Assembly (NCBI GenBank): GCA_031459655.1
Contig: JAVKID010000001.1
Location: 893-64,892, forward strand
Direction of reading: 5' to 3'
DNA length: 64,000 nt
Source of the DNA: Candidatus Fervidifonticultor octavus
Lineage (GTDB): Bacteria > Sysuimicrobiota > Sysuimicrobiia > Sysuimicrobiales > Humicultoraceae
In this document: in pieces, positions 48,245 to 60,251 of the stretch
Layout of the letters: each line of letters begins with the position of its first letter
Numbering within the stretch: the first letter of the stretch is position 1
Position numbers and translations under genes: made by a program
Notes under the pieces: generated by a model
Told to the model about the DNA's origin: nothing
The model's input: the letters and a program-made list of their open reading frames with translations, nothing else
The model's database searches: none

Positions 48245-49846
48245 GTGGTCATTGAGGAAGGCATCCGCAGCCGCACCGGGCTCGAGGTCCACGGCATCCA
48301 CCCGGAGATGGTGGGGTGGAACCTGACCACGCCGGCGCTGTACGAGCACGCCGTGCGCCGCCGCGAGGGGCTGATCGCCGAAGGGGGACCGCTGGTGGTC
48401 CGGACCGGGCACCACACCGGCCGGTCCCCCCAGGACAAGTTCATCGTCCGCGAACCCTCCAGCGAGGAGCGGATCTGGTGGGGGAAGCACAACCGGCCGA
48501 CGACCCCCGAGGCCTTCGAGACTCTGCACCGCCGGCTGCTGGCCTACCTCCAGGGGAAGGAACTCTTCGTGCAGGACGTCTTCGTCGGCGCCGATCCGCG
48601 CTACCGCCAGCGCGTCCGGGTCATCACCGAGTACGCGTGGCACAGCCTGTTCGCCCGCACCATGTTCATCGTGCCCGACGGCGAGGCGCTGGCCCAGCAC
48701 ACCCCGGAGTTCACCATCATCGATGCGCCGCGGTTCCACGCCGACCCCGAGACCGACGGGACCCGCAGCGAGGTCTTCATCCTGATGCACCTGGCCCGGA
48801 AACTGGTCCTCATCGGCGGCACGTCGTATGCCGGCGAGATCAAGAAGTCGGTGTTCACGCTCATGAACTACCTGCTCCCACTGCAGGACGTCCTGCCGAT
48901 GCACTGTTCGGCCAACGTGGGCCCTTCGGGGGAGGTGGCGCTGTTCTTCGGCCTTTCGGGCACCGGGAAGACGACCCTGTCGTCCGACCCGGAGCGGACG
49001 CTGATCGGGGACGACGAGCACGGGTGGTCGGATACCGGCATCTTCAACTTCGAGGGCGGGTGCTACGCGAAGACGATCCGGCTCTCGCGTGAGGGGGAAC
49101 CCGAGATCTACCAGACGACGCGCATGTTCGGCACCGTGCTGGAGAACGTGGCCATCGACCCGGTGACCCGCCGGCTCGACCTGGACGACGACTCGCTCAC
49201 TGAGAATACCCGCGCGGCCTACCCCCTGTCCTTCATCCCCAACGCCTCCCCCACCGGTCTGGCCGGACACCCGCGCGCGGTCGTCTTCCTGACGGCCGAC
49301 GCCTTCGGTGTCATGCCGCCGATCGCGCGCCTGTCAGCCGATCAGGCCATGTACCACTTCCTGGCCGGCTACACCGCCAAGGTCGCCGGCACCGAGAAGG
49401 GCGTCACCGAGCCGCAGGCCACCTTCAGCCCCTGCTTCGGAGCGCCGTTCATGGCCCAGCGGCCCAGCGTCTATGCGGGCATGCTGGGCGAGCGGATCGC
49501 GCGGCACGGGACCTCGGTCTGGTTGATCAACACCGGGTGGACCGGCGGGCCGTACGGCGAGGGGCAGCGGATCAGGCTGTCCGATACGCGCGCCATGGTC
49601 CGCGCGGCGCTGTCGGGAGCCCTGGACGGCGTGCCCACCGTCCGCGATCCGATCTTCGGCGTGCAGGTGCCCACCCACGTGCCCGACGTCCCCCCGGAGA
49701 TCCTACAGCCCCGCGCCACCTGGCGTGATCCCGCGAAGTACGACGCCACCGCCAGGCGCCTCGCCCGGATGTTTGCCGACGCGTTTGAGGAGTTCGCTCC
49801 CCATGTGTCCGCGTCCGTGCGCGTGGCCGCGCCCCGGGCCGACTGA
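48245..49846 (+). CDS. pckA: Phosphoenolpyruvate carboxykinase (ATP)
   Basis: PckA motifs [10 protein letters not shown], the kinase-1a GLSGTGKTT, and [11 protein letters not shown] start proposed at 48245. Confidence 0.85.
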   Translation: MVIEEGIRSRTGLEVHGIHPEMVGWNLTTPALYEHAVRRREGLIAEGGPLVVRTGHHTGRSPQDKFIVREPSSEERIWWGKHNRPTTPEAFETLHRRLLAYLQGKELFVQDVFVGADPRYRQRVRVITEYAWHSLFARTMFIVPDGEALAQHTPEFTIIDAPRFHADPETDGTRSEVFILMHLARKLVLIGGTSYAGEIKKSVFTLMNYLLPLQDVLPMHCSANVGPSGEVALFFGLSGTGKTTLSSDPERTLIGDDEHGWSDTGIFNFEGGCYAKTIRLSREGEPEIYQTTRMFGTVLENVAIDPVTRRLDLDDDSLTENTRAAYPLSFIPNASPTGLAGHPRAVVFLTADAFGVMPPIARLSADQAMYHFLAGYTAKVAGTEKGVTEPQATFSPCFGAPFMAQRPSVYAGMLGERIARHGTSVWLINTGWTGGPYGEGQRIRLSDTRAMVRAALSGALDGVPTVRDPIFGVQVPTHVPDVPPEILQPRATWRDPAKYDATARRLARMFADAFEEFAPHVSASVRVAAPRAD

Positions 49847-49963
49847 CCGGCCTCGTGTCCCGACGCAGGCACAGCGGCGTCCTCACCGGGGGCGGAGAGC
49901 CTGCCGGGCTCGCCGCCATGTCGGGTATGATGGATCGGGGACGCTCCCTTGGAGGTGATGTGA

Positions 49964-50989
49964 GTGCGCATTGCCGTGTTGACAGGCGGCGGGGACGCGC
50001 CGGGGCTGAACGCCGCGATCCGGGCCGTCGTCCGCCGGGCCCTCGAGGGCGGTCACGAGGTCGTCGGAGTCCGCAAGGGCTGGCTGGGCCTGCTGGAGGG
50101 CGACGTGGTCTCGCTGACCCGCGACAGCGTCTCGGGCATCCTGCCCCGCGGCGGCACCATCCTGGGGACCTCGCGTACGAATCCCTTCAAAGACGATGAG
50201 GGTGGCCGGCGCGTGCTGGACACGATTCGGCGGCTGGGCATCGACGCCATCATCGCCATCGGCGGCGACGATACCCTGAGCGTGGCGTTGAAATTGCACC
50301 GGATGGACGTCCGCGTGGTGGGGGTGCCCAAGACGATGGACAACGACGTGCCGGGCACCGACTACACCATCGGGTTCGACACCGCCGTCAATGTGGTGAT
50401 GGAGGCCTGCGACCGGCTGCACACCACCGCGGAGGCCCATCACCGGGTCATGATCATCGAGGTCATGGGGCGGGACGCCGGCTGGGTGGCCGGCGTCGGC
50501 GGGCTGGCCGGCGGGGCCGACGTCATCCTGGTCCCCGAGGTGCCGTTTACGATCGACGAGGTGTGCGAGACCATTCGACGGCGCCACGAGCGGGGCCGGA
50601 CGTTCAGCATCGTCGTGGTGGCCGAGGGCGCGAAGCCCAGCGACTTCGGGGGGCAGATCACCCAGGACGCGCGCGTCGACGAGTTCGGGCATGTGCGGCT
50701 CGGCGGGGTGGGCGCACTGCTGGCCCGCGAGGTCGAGGCTCGGACTGGCTATGAGACGCGCGTGACGGTGCTGGGCCACCTCCAGCGCGGCGGCTCGCCC
50801 ACGGTCTTCGACCGGGTGCTCGCCACGCGCCTGGGAGTGGCGGCGGTGGAGGCCGTCGAGGCGGGGACGTTCGGCATGATGGTGGCCGTGCAGGGGACGA
50901 GGATCGTCACCGTTGGCCTGGAGGAGGCGCTGGGCGGGTCCAAGCCGCTGGATCTGGAGCTGTACAGGCTCTCGCGGCTGTTCCACTAG
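49964..50989 (+). CDS. pfp: 6-phosphofructokinase, probably pyrophosphate-dependent (GGDD and PKTMDND at the E. coli 104/124 positions)
   Basis: PFK fold: GGDAPGLNAA, MIIEVMGR, and HLQRGG. It has GGDD-T and V-PKT-MDNDV where E. coli ATP-PFK has GGDG-S and PGT-IDND. Asp/Lys at these two positions is the established PPi-PFK signature. Confidence 0.8.
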   Translation: MRIAVLTGGGDAPGLNAAIRAVVRRALEGGHEVVGVRKGWLGLLEGDVVSLTRDSVSGILPRGGTILGTSRTNPFKDDEGGRRVLDTIRRLGIDAIIAIGGDDTLSVALKLHRMDVRVVGVPKTMDNDVPGTDYTIGFDTAVNVVMEACDRLHTTAEAHHRVMIIEVMGRDAGWVAGVGGLAGGADVILVPEVPFTIDEVCETIRRRHERGRTFSIVVVAEGAKPSDFGGQITQDARVDEFGHVRLGGVGALLAREVEARTGYETRVTVLGHLQRGGSPTVFDRVLATRLGVAAVEAVEAGTFGMMVAVQGTRIVTVGLEEALGGSKPLDLELYRLSRLFH

Positions 50990-50998
50990 GCCGGCCGC

Positions 50999-51765
50999 CT
51001 ATTTGATGAGCCGGCGGCGCATCAGCACCACCGGCAGCGGGAACAGCGCCACCGTCACGACAGACAGCCAGGTCAGGTCCGCGACGTGGCGCGGTCCCGG
51101 TGTCCCCAGCGCCAGGGCCCGGGTGAGGTGGACAACATGGGAGAGCGGCGTCAGCCACGCCGCGACGCTCACCCACCCCGGCAGGGCATCCAGGGGGAAG
51201 AACACGCCGCTGAACATGAACATGGGCGTGATGAACAGCGCGAAGTAGAAGGTGAAGTAGTCGATGCTGGGGTTGATGGCCGTGAAGGTCATGGCGATGA
51301 CCGAGAACATCAGGCCCGACAGGAAGAACAGCGGCGGGATCAACAGCGCCAGGATCGAGCGGACCACGCCGAACAGGGCGATGACGACCAGGAACACCGT
51401 GCCGTAGAGCACGCTGCGCGTGGCCCCCCACAGGATCTCCCCCACGACCACGTCCTCGATCCCCAGCGGCGTGGTGATGGCCCCGTCGTAGGCCTTCTCG
51501 TAGTACATCTGGACGTAGGCGTTGTACGTGCACTCGAAGGTGGCGCCGAACATCGCCGAGGCTGCCACGAGCCCGGTGGCCACGAAGGTCAGGTAGGGCA
51601 GGCCGGCGACGGTGCTGAGGTAGGCGCCGATCCCGAAGCCCATGGCCAGCAGATAGATCACCGGTTCCAGGAAGTTCACGGCGACGGATTCCGGGAAGAT
51701 CCGCCGAAAGATGAAGGCGTTGCGCTGCCAGAACCGGTAGGCCCCCTTCGGCGAGAACAGCCGCA

Positions 51766-51766
<1 letters not shown>
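50999..51766 (-). CDS. ABC-2 family transporter permease (NodJ/DrrB-like)
   Basis: 6-TM ABC-2 permease. Its ATG overlaps the TGA of the upstream ATPase (ATGA). Confidence 0.75.
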
Positions 51767-52743
<977 letters not shown>

Positions 52744-52759
52744 GACCGCGCTACTTCGG

Positions 52760-53793
52760 CTATCGGGTCAACGTGACCTTCCGCAGGCCTCGCGGCCGAT
52801 CGGGATTCAGCCCCCTCGCCACCGAGACGTAGTAGGCGAAGAGGTGCACGACCGGGGCGGCCGCGACCGGCGCCAGGGCCTCAGGCAGCCCCGCGTTGAC
52901 GGCCACATCCCCGGGGTCGTCTCCGAAGGCGAAGGTGAGCGTGGGGACCGGTCGGACCCGGAGTTGCACGCGGAGGTCGATGAGGCTGGCGCGGGTCCGG
53001 CCGGGCGGGAGCAGGAGGATCACGGTGCTCTTCCTGTCCAGGGCGGCGATGGGCCCGTGCAGCAACTCCGCGGCGGAGAGGGATTCGGCCGCGGCATAGG
53101 CCGTTTCCTTGAGTTTGAGCGCCGTCTCGTCGGCCACCCCGAGCATGTAGCCTCGCGTGGTCACGATCCAGGGATCGCGCCGGGCGTACCGCTTGGCCAG
53201 CGCCGCGACGGTCTCCTCGTGGCGCAGCGCCGCGGTGACCGCGTCGGGGAGGCGTGAGAGCCCCCTGGCCAGATCCCGGTGCTGCCCCCAGCCGACGACC
53301 AGGGCGGCCAGCATCGCCAGCGAGGCGGTGAAGGTCTTCGTGGCGGTCACGCTGAGCTCCGGACCGGCCGACAGCGGCAGGACGTGGGCGCTGGTCTGCG
53401 CCAGCGGGGAGGCGACATCGTTGGTGATGGCCACCGTCAGCGCCCCCTGTTTCCGCGCCTCGGCCACGACCTCGCTGACGTCGACGGACCGGCCGGATTG
53501 GGAGATGCCGATGACGGCGGCGGCGGTCCAGTCCGGGGTGCGGCCATAGAGCGTCGTCACCGACGGCATGGCGGTGGCGGTGGGGATGCGCAGGAGGGTC
53601 TCGATCAGGTACTGGCCGTAGACCGCCGCGTTGTGGGAGGTCCCGCGCGCGACGAAGACGACCAGCGTGGGTTTCCGCCGGCGCAGCGCCGCGACGGCGT
53701 CCCCCACACCGGCGGCGTGTTCGGCGAGCATGCGCGCCAGGACCTGGGGCTGCTCGCGGATCTCGGACAGCATCGCGTGGGACGGTGCCGTCA
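52760..53793 (-). CDS. Tandem-SIS-domain sugar-phosphate isomerase/aminotransferase-like protein (GlmS isomerase-domain / NagB-II / AgaS type)
   Basis: Two SIS modules (VARGTSHNAAVYGQY, ISQSGRSVD; then a second module). Start at MTAPSHAML (ATG 53793). No glutaminase domain. Confidence 0.7.
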
Positions 53794-53862
53794 TGCCGCC
53801 CGGAGCCTTCGTCGGACGCGCCGCCGTCCCCTCCGATGGCGGAGCAGTGCAGAGGACTGTGA

Positions 53863-55242
53863 CTACCAGCGCTTGGCGTTGCCCAGGATCTCCCGGGCGT
53901 ACCCCAGCGTCGCGACCGGCGACATCAAGAACTGGTAGCAGAGCAACCAGGCGACGAACCCCACGCGATTGCGCCGGATGCGCAGTCCCAGTTCCTCGAA
54001 GACCTTCACCTGCTTCCAGTACATGGCCAGCGCCACCAGCGCGATCAGCGGGATGACCAAAAGCGTCATCAGTCCGGCAATCCAGTAGTATCCGAACAGC
54101 GCCAGAACGATGCCGGGGATGAAGACCAGCGAGTAGGTCCCGTCCAGGAGCGGAAAGAGGAGATCCACCACGACGAAGAACGCCGAGAGGCGGGGGCGCT
54201 TCCAGACCAGGTCGAGGTGGGCCTTCAGGCTCTCGATCATCCCTCTGGCCCAGCGCTGGCGCTGGCGGTTGAACCCGCGCCAGGTCGCCGGCACCCGGGT
54301 GAAGGCGCAGGCCGTCGCCTCGAACCCGATGCGGTAGCCGCGCTTCTGGAGGGCCCACGTCGCGAAGATGTCCTCGCCGACCACCGGGGACCAGCCCGTG
54401 ATCTCGAACAGCGCGGCCTTCTTGAAGATGCTGAAGGCGCCCTGGGCCACCAGCGTCCCCTGATACAGCGACTGCTGGCGCTTGACCGACGCGATGGCCA
54501 GGAAGTAGTCCCACTCCTGGAGCCGGGTGAGGAGGTTGTCCCGGGAATTCCTGACCAGGACGGCTCCGGCCACAGCGGCCGTGTGGGGCGGGTCGGTGAC
54601 CATGCGGGCCACGATGCGGCGCAGCGCCTGGTGGTGCAGGAAGGTGTCGGCGTCGATGGTGACCACCAGGTCGGTGGCGGCTGCGGCCAGCCCGTAGTTG
54701 AGGGCGAAGGCCTTCCCCCCATGGGGGGCGGGAATCACCGTGAGGTTGGGATACGTGCCGGCGAGGCGGGCGAGGGTGCCCAGGGTCTCGTCGTGCGACC
54801 CGTCGTCCACCACGATGATGTCCACGCGGGAGGGGTAGTCCTGACCGGCCAGGCTCAGTAGGGTCTCCTCCAGGGAGTCCTCCTCGTTATAGGCCGCGAT
54901 GATGACCGTGACCGGCGGATAGGGAACGTCCAGGCGCAGCGGCGGCGGGCGATCAAGGAGGATGCTGATGGCGAGGTGGGCGTTGAGGAATCCCGGGATC
55001 AGGGCGACGAACAGGACGATGAGCCATGCGGGCACCTCGCCCACGACGCCCCCCAGGTCCGCAACCCAGGGCCGGGCGATGTCCAGCGAGACGCCAAACC
55101 AGGCGGAGGCCAGTCCTGTCGCCAGTGCAAACTTCACCCGTACCGGGATGTAGAACCGCCGGGGAGTCAAGGTGCCGTGCGTCGGACTGGCCGGACCTCG
55201 GGAAGCGCCCTCCGGCTCGACGCGCTCCATCCCACTATGCAA
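53863..55242 (-). CDS. Processive family-2 glycosyltransferase (NodC/PgaC/HasA-like beta-glycan synthase) with an N-terminal TM and C-terminal TMs
   Basis: Motifs DDGS (VVDDGSHDE), DxD (TIDADTF), GED (VGEDIF), and Q-R-Q-R-W (NRQRQRWARG). Membrane topology matches the NodC/chitin-synthase-like class. Confidence 0.75.
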   Translation of the reverse strand: MHSGMERVEPEGASRGPASPTHGTLTPRRFYIPVRVKFALATGLASAWFGVSLDIARPWVADLGGVVGEVPAWLIVLFVALIPGFLNAHLAISILLDRPPPLRLDVPYPPVTVIIAAYNEEDSLEETLLSLAGQDYPSRVDIIVVDDGSHDETLGTLARLAGTYPNLTVIPAPHGGKAFALNYGLAAAATDLVVTIDADTFLHHQALRRIVARMVTDPPHTAAVAGAVLVRNSRDNLLTRLQEWDYFLAIASVKRQQSLYQGTLVAQGAFSIFKKAALFEITGWSPVVGEDIFATWALQKRGYRIGFEATACAFTRVPATWRGFNRQRQRWARGMIESLKAHLDLVWKRPRLSAFFVVVDLLFPLLDGTYSLVFIPGIVLALFGYYWIAGLMTLLVIPLIALVALAMYWKQVKVFEELGLRIRRNRVGFVAWLLCYQFLMSPVATLGYAREILGNAKRW

Positions 55243-55266
55243 GTGCCCAGGGGCGCCCCCCGATAC

Positions 55267-56268
55267 TCATGGTGCCGGAGATCGCCGCTCGTAGACCTCG
55301 GGGTTCACCGCGTGGCTCGGACGCTCCCCGCGCAGCACGGCGAGCACCGCCTCCGCGCAGGCACGCTCCATCCGCGCGACCGTCTCGCGGGTGAAGGAGG
55401 CCACGTGCGGCGTGGCGACCACGTTCTCCAATCCCACCAGGGTGACGTCGCGCACCGGCTCATCGTGGAACACGTCGAGGCCGGCGCCGGCCAGCCGGCC
55501 CTCGCGCAGGGCGCGGGTCAGGGCCGCTTCGTCCACGACGTCTCCCCGGCTGGCGTTGATCAGGATCGCCGTGGGTTTCATCCGGCCCAGGGCCGCGTCG
55601 TCGATCAGGTGCCTGGTGGTGGGGGTCAGCGGGACGTGCAGGGTCACGATGTCGCTGGACGCCAGCAGCGTCGGGAGGTCGCAGAACGTGACCCCCAGTG
55701 CAGCCGCGGCGGAGGGATCCGGGGCGACGTCGCAGGCCAGCAGCCCCATGCCGAATCCGGCTGCGCGCCTGGCGACGGCCCGGCCGATGGCGCCAAACCC
55801 CACGATCCCCAGGGTCTTGCCGCCCACATCGACCCCGAGCGCCCGCTCCCACCGACCTGCCTTCACCATCCGGTCGAAGGAGGGGATCTTCCTGGCCACC
55901 GCCAGGATCAGGCCCAGGGTGTGGTCCGCCACGGCGTCGGTGAGCGCGCCGGCAGTAGCCGTCACGATCACCCCGCGGGCCGTGGCCGCCTCGACGTCGA
56001 CGGAATCCAGCCCGACGCCACGGCGCGCGATGATCTTGAGCCGCGGCGCCGCCGCCAGGACGCGCGCGGTCATCGGCTCGGTCCCGGCGATGATGGCGTC
56101 TGCGTCTGCGACCAGCGCCAGGAGTTCCTCTTCGGTGAGGGTGGCGTTCCTCGGATTGGCGATGATCTCGCAGCCGGCGTCTTCCAGGAGGCGGAAGGCC
56201 GCGTCGCCGGCCCGCCCGAAGTCCGGCGCCGAGATCAGGACGCGGGGAGGGGTGCTGGGGGTCTGCAT
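55267..56268 (-). CDS. D-isomer-specific 2-hydroxyacid dehydrogenase (PGDH/GyaR-like)
   Basis: NAD-binding GIVGFGAIGRAVA and the catalytic R/E/H triad region (INASRG...HVAS). Confidence 0.8.
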   Translation of the reverse strand: MQTPSTPPRVLISAPDFGRAGDAAFRLLEDAGCEIIANPRNATLTEEELLALVADADAIIAGTEPMTARVLAAAPRLKIIARRGVGLDSVDVEAATARGVIVTATAGALTDAVADHTLGLILAVARKIPSFDRMVKAGRWERALGVDVGGKTLGIVGFGAIGRAVARRAAGFGMGLLACDVAPDPSAAAALGVTFCDLPTLLASSDIVTLHVPLTPTTRHLIDDAALGRMKPTAILINASRGDVVDEAALTRALREGRLAGAGLDVFHDEPVRDVTLVGLENVVATPHVASFTRETVARMERACAEAVLAVLRGERPSHAVNPEVYERRSPAP

Positions 56269-56400
56269 TGCCCGGGCGCGGCGAGACCGTGCGTCAGGCG
56301 CGGGCCGCAGCGTAGACGCCAGGGGGATGCTTGCGGGTGCTGCTCCACGGTCCGGAATGCAGTATATTACGCCCAGGGATCCTTTCTCCCTGCTTCGACG

Positions 56401-57684
56401 ATGACGATGCCCGCCGTTTCCCCCGAACGGCTGCGGATGCGCCTGGAGGCGCTGGCGGCCATCGGCGCCGACCCCTCAGGTCGCGGCACCAACCGATTCC
56501 CGTATTCGCCGTCCCACCTGGAGGCGGTGCGGACCGTCGGCAGATGGATGGAAGAAGCCGGACTGGCGGCCGGATGCGATCCCCTCGGCAATCTGGTCGG
56601 CTTCCTCCGGGGCCGGGAGGATTGGCCTGCCATCCTGCTGGGATCGCACCTCGACACGGTCCCCCACGGCGGGATGTTCGACGGCGCGCTGGGGGTCGTG
56701 GCGGGGGTCGAGGTCGCGCAGGCCCTGCGGGAGGCCGGACATCGGCCACGACACGCACTGGCGGTTGTGGGCTTCGCCGACGAAGAAGGCCACGCCTTTG
56801 ACCTGGGGATGCTGGCATCACGGTGCCTGGTGGGCGAGATCCCGACGGGCCGCTTCGGGGCCATCCGCGGGCGCAACGGGCGGACGCTGGCTGAGGCCAT
56901 GGCCGGGTTCACCCCGGGCCTGCCGCGGGCAGCCGTGCCGTCACGCGCGGGGGCGTACCTGGAACTCCACATCGAGCAGGGGCCGGTCCTGGTCCAGGCG
57001 GGGCGCCGCATCGCCGTCGTCACCGCCATCACCGGCATCGCCCGCACCACGGTGGTGCTGGAGGGCGAAGCCACTCACGCCGGCACCACCCCGATGCTCT
57101 CCCGCCGCGACGCCCTGGTGGGCGCCGCGGAGATCGTGCTGGCCATCAAGTCGCTGGCCGAGGTCGTGGGGCCGCCCACCGTGGCCACCGTGGGAAGGCT
57201 GTGGGTGGAACCCGGGGCGACCAACATCGTCCCCGGCCGCGTGGAGTTCAGCGTCGACGTCCGCACGCCGGATGCGTCACGGCTCTCCGACCTGTGTGCG
57301 CGGATTGACCGCGAGATCGGAAGGGTCGGACAGCGCCACGGCCTGACGCCCCACATCGCGGCGTGGGACCGTAGAACCCCGAGGCCCCTGGACGTCTCGG
57401 TGCAGCAGGCCATCGCCCAAGCTGCCCGGGACCTGGGGCACGAGCCGCTGGCGATGCCCAGCGGGGCCGGGCACGACGCGATGATCCTGGCGCCCCACGT
57501 CCCCGCCGGGATGATCTTTGTCCCGAGTCGGGATGGCATCAGCCATTCCCCCCGCGAGTGGACGGAGTGGGAGGATGCGGCGCTGGGCGCCGCGGTGCTG
57601 CTGCACACGGTGCTGGTGCTGGACAGCCGCGGCCCGCTGGACGCCTGCATGCTCCCGATCGCCTATCAGGCGGCTTTGGGCTGA
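56401..57684 (+). CDS. M20-family Zn-dependent amidohydrolase (allantoate amidohydrolase / N-carbamoyl-L-amino-acid hydrolase type)
   Basis: GSHLDTVPHGG, GFADEEG, and a dimerisation-domain pattern. Start at MTMPAVSPERL (ATG 56401). Confidence 0.75.
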   Translation: MTMPAVSPERLRMRLEALAAIGADPSGRGTNRFPYSPSHLEAVRTVGRWMEEAGLAAGCDPLGNLVGFLRGREDWPAILLGSHLDTVPHGGMFDGALGVVAGVEVAQALREAGHRPRHALAVVGFADEEGHAFDLGMLASRCLVGEIPTGRFGAIRGRNGRTLAEAMAGFTPGLPRAAVPSRAGAYLELHIEQGPVLVQAGRRIAVVTAITGIARTTVVLEGEATHAGTTPMLSRRDALVGAAEIVLAIKSLAEVVGPPTVATVGRLWVEPGATNIVPGRVEFSVDVRTPDASRLSDLCARIDREIGRVGQRHGLTPHIAAWDRRTPRPLDVSVQQAIAQAARDLGHEPLAMPSGAGHDAMILAPHVPAGMIFVPSRDGISHSPREWTEWEDAALGAAVLLHTVLVLDSRGPLDACMLPIAYQAALG

Positions 57685-57689
57685 CCTCG

Positions 57690-58337
57690 ATGCTGGATGC
57701 CGCCTACCGCTACGCGCTGGACAATCAGGCCTTCTTCTGGCAGGCCGTGCGGACTCACGTGCGCCTCTCGATTTCGGCCCTGGGCATCGCCGGGGTGCTG
57801 TCGGTCCCCCTCGGCGTCTACGTCGCACGCCGGCGCCTGCTGGCCCCGCAGGTGCTGGGACTCTTCAGCGGGCTGCGGGTCGTCCCGAGCCTGGCGATTC
57901 TGTTCCTGGCCGTCCCCTACCTGGGGCTGGGATTTTTCCCCGCGCTGGTGGCGTTGACCGTCCTGGCCTGCCCGCCCATCCTCATCAACACCGAGGCGGG
58001 ATTCCGCGGCGTGGACGCGGCGGTGATCGAGGCCGCCCGGGGGATGGGGATGAACGCGCGAGCGGTCCTGTGGCGGGTCGAGGTGCCGCTGGCGACCCCG
58101 GTGGTCGTGGCCGGAGTGCGCACGGCCGCCGTCGACGTCTTTGCCAGTGCGACGCTCGCCGCGTTCATCGGCGGGGGCGGGCTGGGTGACTTCATCGCCA
58201 GGGGGTTCGCACTGTTCGACCCCTCGGTGATGCTCGTGGGCGCCATCCCTGTGGCCCTGTTGACCCTGGGTGCTGAGGCCGTGCTGGCGGGCGCCCAGCG
58301 GGTGTTCGAGAATCTCGTCCGTGCCGCCTCAACGTGA
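57690..58337 (+). CDS. Glycine betaine/choline/carnitine ABC transporter permease (OpuBB/OpuCB-like)
   Basis: ABC permease with EAA-like motif IEAARGMGMNARAVLWRVEVPLA. Confidence 0.8.
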   Translation: MLDAAYRYALDNQAFFWQAVRTHVRLSISALGIAGVLSVPLGVYVARRRLLAPQVLGLFSGLRVVPSLAILFLAVPYLGLGFFPALVALTVLACPPILINTEAGFRGVDAAVIEAARGMGMNARAVLWRVEVPLATPVVVAGVRTAAVDVFASATLAAFIGGGGLGDFIARGFALFDPSVMLVGAIPVALLTLGAEAVLAGAQRVFENLVRAAST

Positions 58338-58353
58338 GAGAGGGGGGTAGACG

Positions 58354-59262
58354 ATGAGGTCTCCGTTCCGCGCCGTGGTGTCGCTGCTCGCCGTCGCGGC
58401 GCTGGCCGCTGCCTGTGCGCCCAGGACGGCTCCCCAGGTCACCCTGAAGGTGGGCTCCAAGGATTTCACCGAGGAGTTCATCCTCGGCGAGATGTACGCC
58501 CTGCTGCTGGAGGACGCCGGCTTTGCGGTTGAGCGCAAGTTCAACCTGGGTGGGACGCCGGTGGCCCACGAAGCCCTGCTGAAGGGCGACATCGACCTCT
58601 ACCCGGAGTACACCAGCACCGGGCTGCTGACCGTGCTCAAGCAGCCTGCGATTCAGGATCCCAACGCGGTGCTCGAGGCCGTCCGCAAAGGATACAAGGA
58701 GAAGTTCAACCTCGAGTGGCTCGAGCCTGCCGCGTTCAACAACACGCAGGCTCTGGCCACGACCAAGGAAGTCTCGGCGCGGTACGGCATCAGGACGTTC
58801 TCCGACCTGTCGGTGAAGGCGCCGGCGCTGCGCCTGGGGGGCCCGGCGGAGTTCGCCGAGCGGGAGGACGGCATCAAGGGGCTGCAGCGGGCCTACGGGG
58901 GATTCCAGTTCCAGGAGTTCAGGCAACTGGGGACCGGCAGCCTGCGCTACGAGGCGCTGCGCAACGGCCAGGTGGACGTCATCGTGGCGTTCAGCACCGA
59001 CGGTCAGATCAGCGGCCTGGGACTCGTCCTCCTCAAGGACGACAGGAACTTCTACCCCGCCTATCAGGCGGCGCCGGTCGTCCGCGCCGACGTGCTGGCC
59101 AGGCACCCCAAGATTGCCGAGACGCTCAACAGGCTGGCCGCGCTGCTGACCGAGGACGTGATGGCCGGCCTCAACTGGCAGGTGGATGGCCCTGAGAAGA
59201 AGGAGTTTGCGGCCGTGGCCAGGGCGTTTTTGCAGGAGAAGGGGCTGATCAAGCGGCGGTGA
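58354..59262 (+). CDS. Osmoprotectant-binding lipoprotein (OpuBC/OpuCC-family SBP)
   Basis: Lipobox LAAC and an OpuAC-fold with aromatic-cage residues (W/Y-rich). Confidence 0.8.
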   Translation: MRSPFRAVVSLLAVAALAAACAPRTAPQVTLKVGSKDFTEEFILGEMYALLLEDAGFAVERKFNLGGTPVAHEALLKGDIDLYPEYTSTGLLTVLKQPAIQDPNAVLEAVRKGYKEKFNLEWLEPAAFNNTQALATTKEVSARYGIRTFSDLSVKAPALRLGGPAEFAEREDGIKGLQRAYGGFQFQEFRQLGTGSLRYEALRNGQVDVIVAFSTDGQISGLGLVLLKDDRNFYPAYQAAPVVRADVLARHPKIAETLNRLAALLTEDVMAGLNWQVDGPEKKEFAAVARAFLQEKGLIKRR

Positions 59263-60251
59263 GCGTCATCGAGGTCGAGGGCGTCAGCAAGCGCTTTCCG
59301 GGCTCGGCCCGGCCGGCTGTGGATAACTGCAGCCTGCGCGTATCCAGCGGAGACCTGACGGTGTTGCTCGGGCCTTCCGGATCGGGCAAGACCACCCTGC
59401 TGAAGCTCATCAACCGGCTCTACGAGCCAGACGCCGGCCGGATCCTCATCGACGGGGTCGACGTGCGCACCCTGCGGGCGTCAGAACTGCGGCGGGGGAT
59501 CGGTTACGTGATCCAGCAGGTGGGGCTCTTCCCCCACCTGCGCGTCGAGCAGAACATCGCCACGGTGCCGCAGTTGCTGGGCTGGCCGCGGGAGCGCATC
59601 GAGGCCCGCATCGACGACCTGCTGGACCTGATGGGCCTGCCGCGCGACTACCGCCGGCGCTACCCCCGGCAGCTCTCGGGAGGCGAGCAGCAGCGGGTGG
59701 GGCTGGCGCGGGCGCTGGCCGCCGACCCGAAGATCATGCTGATGGACGAGCCCTTCGGCGCGCTGGACGCCATCACCCGCGCGCGCCTGCAGGACGAATT
59801 CCGGGTCATCCAACAGCGGCTCCACAAGACGATCCTCTTCGTGACCCACGATGTGGATGAAGCGCTGCGCCTGGCCGACCGGATCGCCATCATGCGCCAG
59901 GGCCGCATCGTGCAGTTCGACACCCCGCTGGCCATCATCAGCCGCCCGCGGGACCAGTTCGTCCGGCAGTTGCTGACCAGCGACGACGTGCTGCGCCACC
60001 TGAGCCTGATTCCGGTCCAGGCCGCCCTCGGGGCGCCGGACCGGCCGCCGGCCCACCCTGCGGCCGGGGCCCGAAGCGGCGGCGTCTCCGTGCGGGCCAC
60101 AGACTCGCTGCGCACCGCGCTTTCCCTGCTGCTGCAGATCGGTGAGGCGGCGCTCACCGTGGTCGGCGACGGTGGGGTGCCGGTCGGCCGGCTCACCTTC
60201 GAGGACATCCGCGGGGTGGTCCTGGCCGGCCGCGCGGAGGCGTCGTCCTGA
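59259..60251 (+). CDS. Osmoprotectant ABC transporter ATP-binding protein (OpuBA/OpuCA-like) with a C-terminal regulatory domain
   Basis: GPSGSGKTT, LSGGEQQRVGLARAL, and IMLMDEPFGALD. GTG start overlapping the upstream TGA. Confidence 0.85.
   Translation: MSVIEVEGVSKRFPGSARPAVDNCSLRVSSGDLTVLLGPSGSGKTTLLKLINRLYEPDAGRILIDGVDVRTLRASELRRGIGYVIQQVGLFPHLRVEQNIATVPQLLGWPRERIEARIDDLLDLMGLPRDYRRRYPRQLSGGEQQRVGLARALAADPKIMLMDEPFGALDAITRARLQDEFRVIQQRLHKTILFVTHDVDEALRLADRIAIMRQGRIVQFDTPLAIISRPRDQFVRQLLTSDDVLRHLSLIPVQAALGAPDRPPAHPAAGARSGGVSVRATDSLRTALSLLLQIGEAALTVVGDGGVPVGRLTFEDIRGVVLAGRAEASS

Noticed and set aside
54976-57684. 902-aa plus-strand ORF
   Set aside because: Only the last 427 codons (from ATG 56401) encode the M20 amidohydrolase. 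The rest is antisense to the GT2 and 2-hydroxyacid dehydrogenase genes.
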